Shown piece by piece: positions 56,499 through 64,000 of a stretch of DNA of 64,000 nt; the first letter of the stretch is position 1, and every line of letters begins with the position of its first letter. The DNA comes from Kudoa neothunni (Eukaryota > Animalia > Cnidaria). The notes beneath the pieces are model-generated. The model made no database searches and had not been told where the DNA came from. It saw nothing but the letters and a program-made list of their open reading frames with translations. The position numbers and the translations under genes are program-made. The stretch spans positions 6,264,776-6,328,775 of the forward strand of contig OZ199840.1 in the NCBI GenBank assembly GCA_964304625.1, written 5' to 3'.

Positions 56499-58463
56499 TT
56501 ATTTTTTCGTGTACAATTTTTCATTCTCATCAACCAACCATTGCTTCAACGAGGAAATGTCGCCATGAAATGATGAACTTTCATCACATAGGATGGCAGG
56601 TGGTATATTTGGGATATTAAGAAGTAAAGGAAGCATCGATATTTTTAACTTGCCAATCAACGCAACTCGTTCTCCACAATAATAAAAGGAATCCTTATGG
56701 TAGAATAACACTTCGTCAAACTATATTAATGATATAGATTAATGTATTATAATTCACCAAGTCAATTCAACGATATTTACTAATAAAAATTACTTTGTAA
56801 GGAAGGGTGCTGTGCTCCAAGAGATAGTTAGACATGAGCTCTATTGAAAGATTGGAGCAGGGTTTAGGCATCACATAAAATTTTTCAATGATGGTCAGTA
56901 TACTCTATACCAGTTTATAATTAGCGTTTCAATTATTTAATCTTAATATAAATTTAACTTGATAATTTTTGTTTGGCATCAGTTGAAAATGGTCGTTTAT
57001 TCTACTTTGGATGAAAAATAATCTCATTTCAGCCTATGTTTCGTAAAAAATATATAAAAAGCAATTTAGCCAAATAAGTTACAGGACAATCAATCAAATA
57101 CAATCCATTCCATGCCATGACGTCCATTACATATAACGAATTGGTGGTTGAATCATAAATGCAATCCAGCGTGGTCATATCTAACCCAAAATTAATGTTT
57201 GGTTATTTATGCACGCTGCGGAATAATTTTGGTGTATTTCAAAGAGAACTACTCGTACAACTAACATGCATTAATAAGTAGAGTAAGTATTATCTCAATT
57301 AATATTAAGAATCTCCTCTAAAAAGTAAGAATCTAAAGCATATGAATTTTAAAGGTATGATGAACTTTGTTGAACCTACCTATATAAAAATTTATAATAT
57401 ATTAGATTTTAAAATTAAATTAGTCATAGTTAATATTGAGGTTAATGATTGTTTAGAAATTAGTTCACAAATATTACAAAATATATTATTATGTAAAAAT
57501 TATAGTAAATATTTTCTATCTAAATGATTATTAGGTTAATCAATATCTTTATTTAATAGTTATCAATGGCATCAAATAAAAATTAAATATTCCACTTGTT
57601 CATTTCGCTGTTTGGGCGCTTAAAAAAATCAAAATATGACAAGATAAAATAATTTAAAAAAATAAATTAGTGTAAAATTTTACAATAAACAACAGTGTCT
57701 ATAATTAAAAACATCTAAATTTGTTAAATTCGTCAGACAATAAGCTGCTCTTTAAAATGAGATAAAATATTCAACGCATCAAGAAAAATTTATTTTAATT
57801 GGTACATTTAGTTACATTAAAAGGTAACTCTTACTTAGGAATAGGATAATTAAAATAAGTTTCAAAATTTGAACAATTACTTTTCAAAGAGTTGCCATAT
57901 CTACTTCCGCCAGGGAAAATAGAACATTCGAAAGATTTCAAACAGTTTCCTTTTTCAGAATATAAATAGGTTCGATTCTGTTAAAAATGATCAATAAATG
58001 GAAACATATAATAGTTAGTTACCTTCTTAGCAATCAACAAACAACGTTTTCCTTTTGGTTTGAGCATCATCAACCATTTCTCAGATAAATCTTCTGGGAT
58101 GTCAGTAAGCCATTCAAAAAGCATCAACTAATTTAAATTAAGATTATCAAAAGAAAATACTTAAGAAATACTTTGTTGTGAAAAACAGACGTTTCAGGTT
58201 TTGATACCGAAGGCTCGCTAACTTCAAGCGGTTTTAAGATTGCTCTGAAATTAGAGATTAGAGCCTCGCGTTCCCTATCATCGGTTAAACAATATTAAAA
58301 AATTAAAGACGACAATCTATGAATGTACTGCTGTTGTCGCTGGAGATTTAAGGTTCTTCTTTGTTTTTGGTCGTTTATAGCTACAGTTCGGCATTTGTAG
58401 AGATCTTTAAAAGATCTACAATTGTATCTCAATTTTTTTCAAAAAATAAATATACTTTTCCAT
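56499..58463 (-). CDS. SNUPN: Snurportin-1 (m3G-cap snRNP import adaptor), multi-exon with one 700-nt intron
   Basis: IBB-like YK...DQKQRR..L..QQ; LMLFEWLTDIPEDLSEKW...PKGKRCLLIA; FPGG; TLDCIY...YVMDVMAWNG; RLFFIQSRI; DEVLFYHK. Confidence 0.9.
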
Positions 58464-60521
58464 CTTTCACAGGTTTCGAACTGTTAAGGTGCGCCTGCGT
58501 GCGTTTCGTATGTAATCTGTTATCCATATAAAAAATTATCGCGTTTTTGATACAGTAAGTGTGAAGTATTAGCGCCAAGAAAGCGTGTAACAGTAAGTCA
58601 CGAAAATCAAATAATCTTAAGAAATTTTTATCACTTTTACATATAATAACAATTTTTATCCCTTGTTGTTGCTGATTGAATAGAGGTAATTAGCTCTACC
58701 CTATTCGTTCTAGTTTCCACACCCCGTATCGAACAAAAAATTACAAAACGGATTTGTTTTTAATCGGAAAAAGTATTTCTATTAAAATTGTATTAACACG
58801 TAAAGAACCGGTCCATTTTGATGAAAAAAACGAATGTAAATAAAATAAATACAAATGATAATAAATAAAATGGTTGAATTTTTCTCTTTTATTTTTGGTC
58901 TATAATCAAGCCTAATAGGGGGTTTATTAGAAAAGATATGCTTAAATCAAAATTTTTAAATGAATTAGATATTTAATATTTTAATGCAAAATATCAGATG
59001 TGATCAACCGTGCGCGCGCGAAACATTTGGTTTTGTAGTTTTTTATTTAATTATAGCCATAAAGTTGAATGAGTAAAATAAACATGTGAATAAATGGCGA
59101 ATGTAAAGTTTTAGTTTATTTAATTTTTAGATGTGAATTGGTCTTAACTTTAAATTAACAAATTTAATATTACTCAATAAAAAATCTAAAAACCTTAATT
59201 TTGACGATAATTATAATTAAGTTCCATATTTCATTTTATCTCACCTAAAAATAGATAATACAACTTTTAAGAATCCATCAATTTTGGTTATATTTTATAG
59301 TTTGTTTGTAATTTACACTAAAAAGTGAATGTCTCTAAATTGTTACTTCAATCATTTAATGTTTAATAAAATGATTTGTTTATGAATACAAAAGAAACAC
59401 ATTATCGTCTTCGTAATATTATATTAATAAAAAAATGTGGAATACAAGCGTAAATTAATTTTCAATAAAAGCCATTAAATGACTATTGTATATCAACGTA
59501 ATTCAGCGTGGATTGTGCGCGATTAGTACATGATATAATGTCGAAAAAGTTTCGATTATGTAGAATCAGTATATTACGTACAAAACACGTTCGGTCGTAT
59601 AATTTTTTAGTAATTCAAAGTATGAGCCTTGGACCCTCAGTCACTGTCTACCCCAATCGGGAAGCCCTGAATTCAATCATTTATCCGGCAGATTAATTAG
59701 CACAATATCCTGTGCAGAATTGTTTCAACCTTTCTGTTGGAAGTGATAAATTGATGATCGACAGTCGTCTCGACATATAAAATTAATTTCTTTAAATTGT
59801 AAATTTTGTATTAAGGTATTTGCCATATTCAAATATAAATATGTCTTCTTTTGAGATTATTTCACTTATTATGTACGCAGCATTTTACTTCTGTTAGAGT
59901 TGTTTTATTGAATTGGATTATAAACTTGTTGGTCCGAGAGCCCATTATCTCCGATCATTAAAAACTTAAAAATTATTTCTCATGATTTTTTAGAATTTCA
60001 TTAGGTATGTTAGTTTATGCCATGCTAAATTACAGTATAGTAATAATTATCGTTCCTCATTTGGGGAAGGCTATTGTATTATATTCATACTTATTAGTGA
60101 TATCCCAGTTTTAATTTAATTTGATCAGCCACCGAAGATGAGAAACAACAATATATAATTTGCATATAAAAACTCTGCGTAAAACTTGTTAATTACTGTA
60201 GTTATACAGGTAAAAATATCAATACCTTTAAAGAATTTATTATTCTTTTAAATCTTACAACAGTCTCTCAACCATTGATTCAGCTAAATAACATTGTTCT
60301 ACTATTTTATATCATTGATTTAGTGTGGAACGAAAGAAGATTCACTGTGCTTTTAAGTTATATCTTTTCAAGTGTTTTCCAAAATTAAAAATATGCTTAA
60401 AATTGCTCTAATACGGATCGATCAACGCGAACTTTATATACCGGTAAAAATTAATTGAAAATATAGCAATAATAAGAGTTGATTTAATGATCTTGAATCT
60501 ACATTTTAATAGTTTGTTTTT

Positions 60522-62109
60522 TCAGCTGTTAGAATCAATAGGAGGGACCCATTCCAACGAATTGATCCACCCTTCCACTGTTGGTTCGGTGTTGAGAGAA
60601 TTACTGATATAAACGTTGCTTAGCATTTTTTTGATATCTGGCCTTTCTTGGGGATTCTTTAATAAACTATATCGATTCGATATAGAAAATGATAAACAAA
60701 TTTTGTTAATAAGTTATTACCATGATTTGACAATCTCACAAAGTTCTAAGGAAAAGTGTTGTTCCGGCAGTCGAGGTGAATCCTAAAACAAAAAATTGGA
60801 CCAGATCAATTTTAATCAATCGATATTCCACCTCTTCGACAATGTATTCGAGGAGTTCAAATATAGCAAGAGATTTTGGTTGTCTCAATAGGTTGTAAAG
60901 TTCAAATTCAGTGGTTTTCTCACGTCGTTTATTTCCATAGCTTCGATTAAAGTGTAGAATTTCGTCCATTTCATCTGGTTTAAGAGCTGGTATAGGATAT
61001 ACCCCCAAGCACATTTCCACAATCGACAACCCTAAACTCCAAATATCTGATCTTTGGTCGTATTTGGATCCAAGCAGTCGTTCAGGCTAAAAAAGGTCTT
61101 ATATTAGACATTGTGTATTTTGATTTTATCTGCACATGGATGGTTGCTAAAATATACCGCCATATATGATCGGGTTCCAACAAATGAATTAGCCATCGAA
61201 TCGATCAACTGACCACTGACCCCAAAATCGCACACTTTTACATCCCCCTTCGAATTTATTAGAATATTTGAAGGTTTTATATCTTGGTATAAAGTGAAAA
61301 TTTGCATAAAATAATTATAAACCTCTATGAAGCATGTTCAAATTACTCTTCAAATAGTTTAAACCTTCAAGAACCTATTGAAGAATTATAATAAATTAGC
61401 CAACTATAACACATACAAATTGAACTATCTTGGATACGACATTCTCGGGAATATAACCATAATTAGCAATGACTTTATCTAAGGATCCACAATTCTAAAT
61501 TACATCAATAAATTGTACGACCACATAGGTTGGTATTACCATGTGTTCCATACACACGCTTATTTCACGGTTGTGATAAAACGAACCGAAATAAGTGACT
61601 ATATATGGGCAGTTACAAACATGTAAGGTTTGAAGTTCTCTAAGAATCAGCGTACGAACGGACTGTTTCACTTCCATGTGTATCATCTAGCAGGAATAAC
61701 ATACATGAGTAATTGAAAATGTTTTACTTTGCGAGCCATCACTTTTCCGGTTGGTTTGTGAAGCACTTTTTTCACACACCCACTACCACCTGATCCCAGC
61801 TCACAAATGTCTTCAAAATCACCATGAGATAATGCTGGAATTTGAGAACTAGAGCTGCACTTAGGTTGGAAAGTTTCTTTGAGTTGTTCCTTCTTTTCTT
61901 GGTCGAGTGAAATTCCATGGAATTCTGTGTGCTTTTCAGGGGTGGGTGTAGGACCGCTAAAAAGTGGGATCAATAGTAATTTTAGCCTGAACCAAAATAA
62001 GCCATATTTTTATGTAATACCTGGGAGATTTTCTGTCACCAGCAACAGCAGTACTGGGAGTTATTGGAATACTTAACCTTAGGTTTGGTCGTTGTTTGTT
62101 TTTCTTCAT
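60522..62109 (-). CDS. MAP2K1: Dual-specificity MAP kinase kinase MEK1/2, multi-exon
   Basis: N-terminal docking motif [15 protein letters not shown]; ELGSGGSG; HR|DIKPSNIL; [24 protein letters not shown]|PERL; proline-rich insert with [10 protein letters not shown]. Confidence 0.95.
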
Positions 62110-62233
62110 ACTACTACTATTGGAAACCCAAAAATGAGAAACGTGCTAAGTAATGCTATAATAAACGCTTTTATTGGTTTTGTGCAATATACGCGATAAA
62201 AATATCACCGAAAATCTCAGTTAATAGTCTTAA

Positions 62234-63870
62234 CCCTTACGAATACTAACTCTTTGTATTGATCCGAATTTTTCTCATGAGAGTTAACCACAACTAAAAT
62301 AAATATCTAAGAAAATACTTCAATGACATTCGCTTTAGTTTTTGTATACAGGATATATTCGTATAACTATTTTTTCACTGAACGATAACATAAAACAGTT
62401 TGGAGAGCTCATCCAAAAAAAGTATGTTCACAAAATTATTCCCATTATAAACTATTTTTTTATTTAAATTAATAATTAAGGCTTAAAGTGATTCATTTAT
62501 AAAACTATCACAACCATTTAGTTATGTCAATATAAAGGTTTACAGATGGTTGTGTCTGCAGCATGTCTGCGAAATCAACCCTTCTATGTGTCAATACATA
62601 CACACACATCGTGAGTCAGTGATTATTTACGCTAAGATTAAATTATTCCTCACTTTAATAATATGACAGGTACGTTCAATCAAATTATATTTTATTTTTT
62701 CCAGTATCCAAATGACAATTTATGTAGAGTGATTGTTTCTAAACTCAAATATATTTCATTAAAATCTTGAGGAATAAATCCCTCTAGAGTGGGTTACCAA
62801 ACAGATTTCAAGAATATAAATGTCAGCAATTAAATTCTAAAGACTAAATTGTGGGATTAATTATCAGTTTGATATATCTTCAATTAAAAGGTCGTAAAAT
62901 TTCACCCAAGATACGTCCGTCGGTTGTCCTTAATATAAGCCTTCTAATACATCGGAATATAATCGGATCTTGCCCAAGTAACCCTATCAAATAAATGATT
63001 GCGTTAACGTATATGTTAGCTAATTTAAAAGTGACACAGAAATTCTTATTCCAAGAAGCAGTGGCTATTATCACGCTAGCGTATATTTCCACGTCGGGGC
63101 TGTCTATTGCCACGAAAACGAATTTCTCCTAATTCTGATGATGCTTAGACCTATAATTTTCTTTACTACATAAACATATTTTTATCTATTAAATTTTACG
63201 ATAAAAATCGATGACTTAAAAGTCTAAAATATCAGTTTATATAGGTATATATATAATGATCGTTGAAATAATTTTTGATTTTATATTATCACAATTGAGT
63301 ATTTCTAGACTGTTTTAAGCCCTAATTTGATGATCCATCCTCAAATCGACCTAACCAAATCAAATCTATTAAAGTACACAACCTGTACGTGCATATATAT
63401 ACACACACACTTGTTTGTTCGTTAAAAGATATTTTACCAGACCTTATAGGGTATTTTAAATGGCTAACCCTGAAAAATGGTATAAAAGTGTTATGAAAAT
63501 AAACTTACAAAATTTGTAATACTTCTAATTATGAATTATGTTTTATATTTAATATTCATGATTATAAATAATTTTTCCTCATTAATATGAATTTTTTAAA
63601 GATATTTATAATATGCGAGAATAAGAAATATATAAGGCAGTGCTGAGAGTGATACCTTTTAAGTGGAGAGAAGATTCATCTCATTTCATCAGCAAGAAGA
63701 TTCTTTAAAGTCATACGAAAAAAATCACTACGTAACTTAATAGATTGAGATTAAAAAAACTTATTTATGTCAAACGTTTTCTCTTCCAAAAAATTTAATG
63801 GGAAATTAAAATACTGTTATAATTAGTAAATTTGTTATTTTGGCCACCATTATCGTAATAGATCAAGGGG
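62234..63870. mobile_element. Possible highly decayed piggyBac-like element
   Basis: TTAA|CCCTT ... AAGGGG|TTAA ends. Faint transposase-like traces on the minus strand near 62880-63113. Confidence 0.3.
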
Positions 63871-64000
63871 TTAAGAGAGGCTAAAACTTTGTGAGGCACC
63901 TGTCAAACTCATTAAGGTATGAGTCAGCTCCGATGGAAAAAAACTTGAAATAAAATTTTTACACCTAGCACATAACCACAGAAGAAATCAGGTTTTCTTC

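Noticed and set aside
59600-59760. GGGAAGCCCTGA resembling RNase P/MRP CR-I
   Set aside because: No complementary CR-V strand was found to form helix P4

Overview
AT-rich eukaryotic (animal-type) nuclear DNA with very short GT-AG introns, mostly about 40-70 nt. This fits a compact parasitic animal such as a myxozoan, but that assignment is inference. Splicing the short ORFs by hand gives intact host genes: ORMDL, a sphingomyelin-synthase-family protein lacking both catalytic histidines, RAB1, ATE1, CCDC124, snurportin-1 (SNUPN), MEK1/2 (MAP2K1) and three orphan multi-exon genes, plus an intron-containing tRNA-Leu(CAA). Between the genes lies a dense, often nested set of dead cut-and-paste DNA transposons: hAT/Buster, MULE, Merlin/ISXO2, piggyBac and Tc1/pogo, with many TIR/TSD-defined MITEs. 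There is also one tRNA-derived SINE-like element and a possible decayed polycystin-1-like gene. No prokaryote-style system is present. The most notable observations are the apparent SMS pseudoenzyme near ORMDL, a Trp-to-Lys change at the cap-stacking position of snurportin-1, a Tyr-to-His change at the guanine-stacking site of Rab1, and several precisely resolvable nested insertions.
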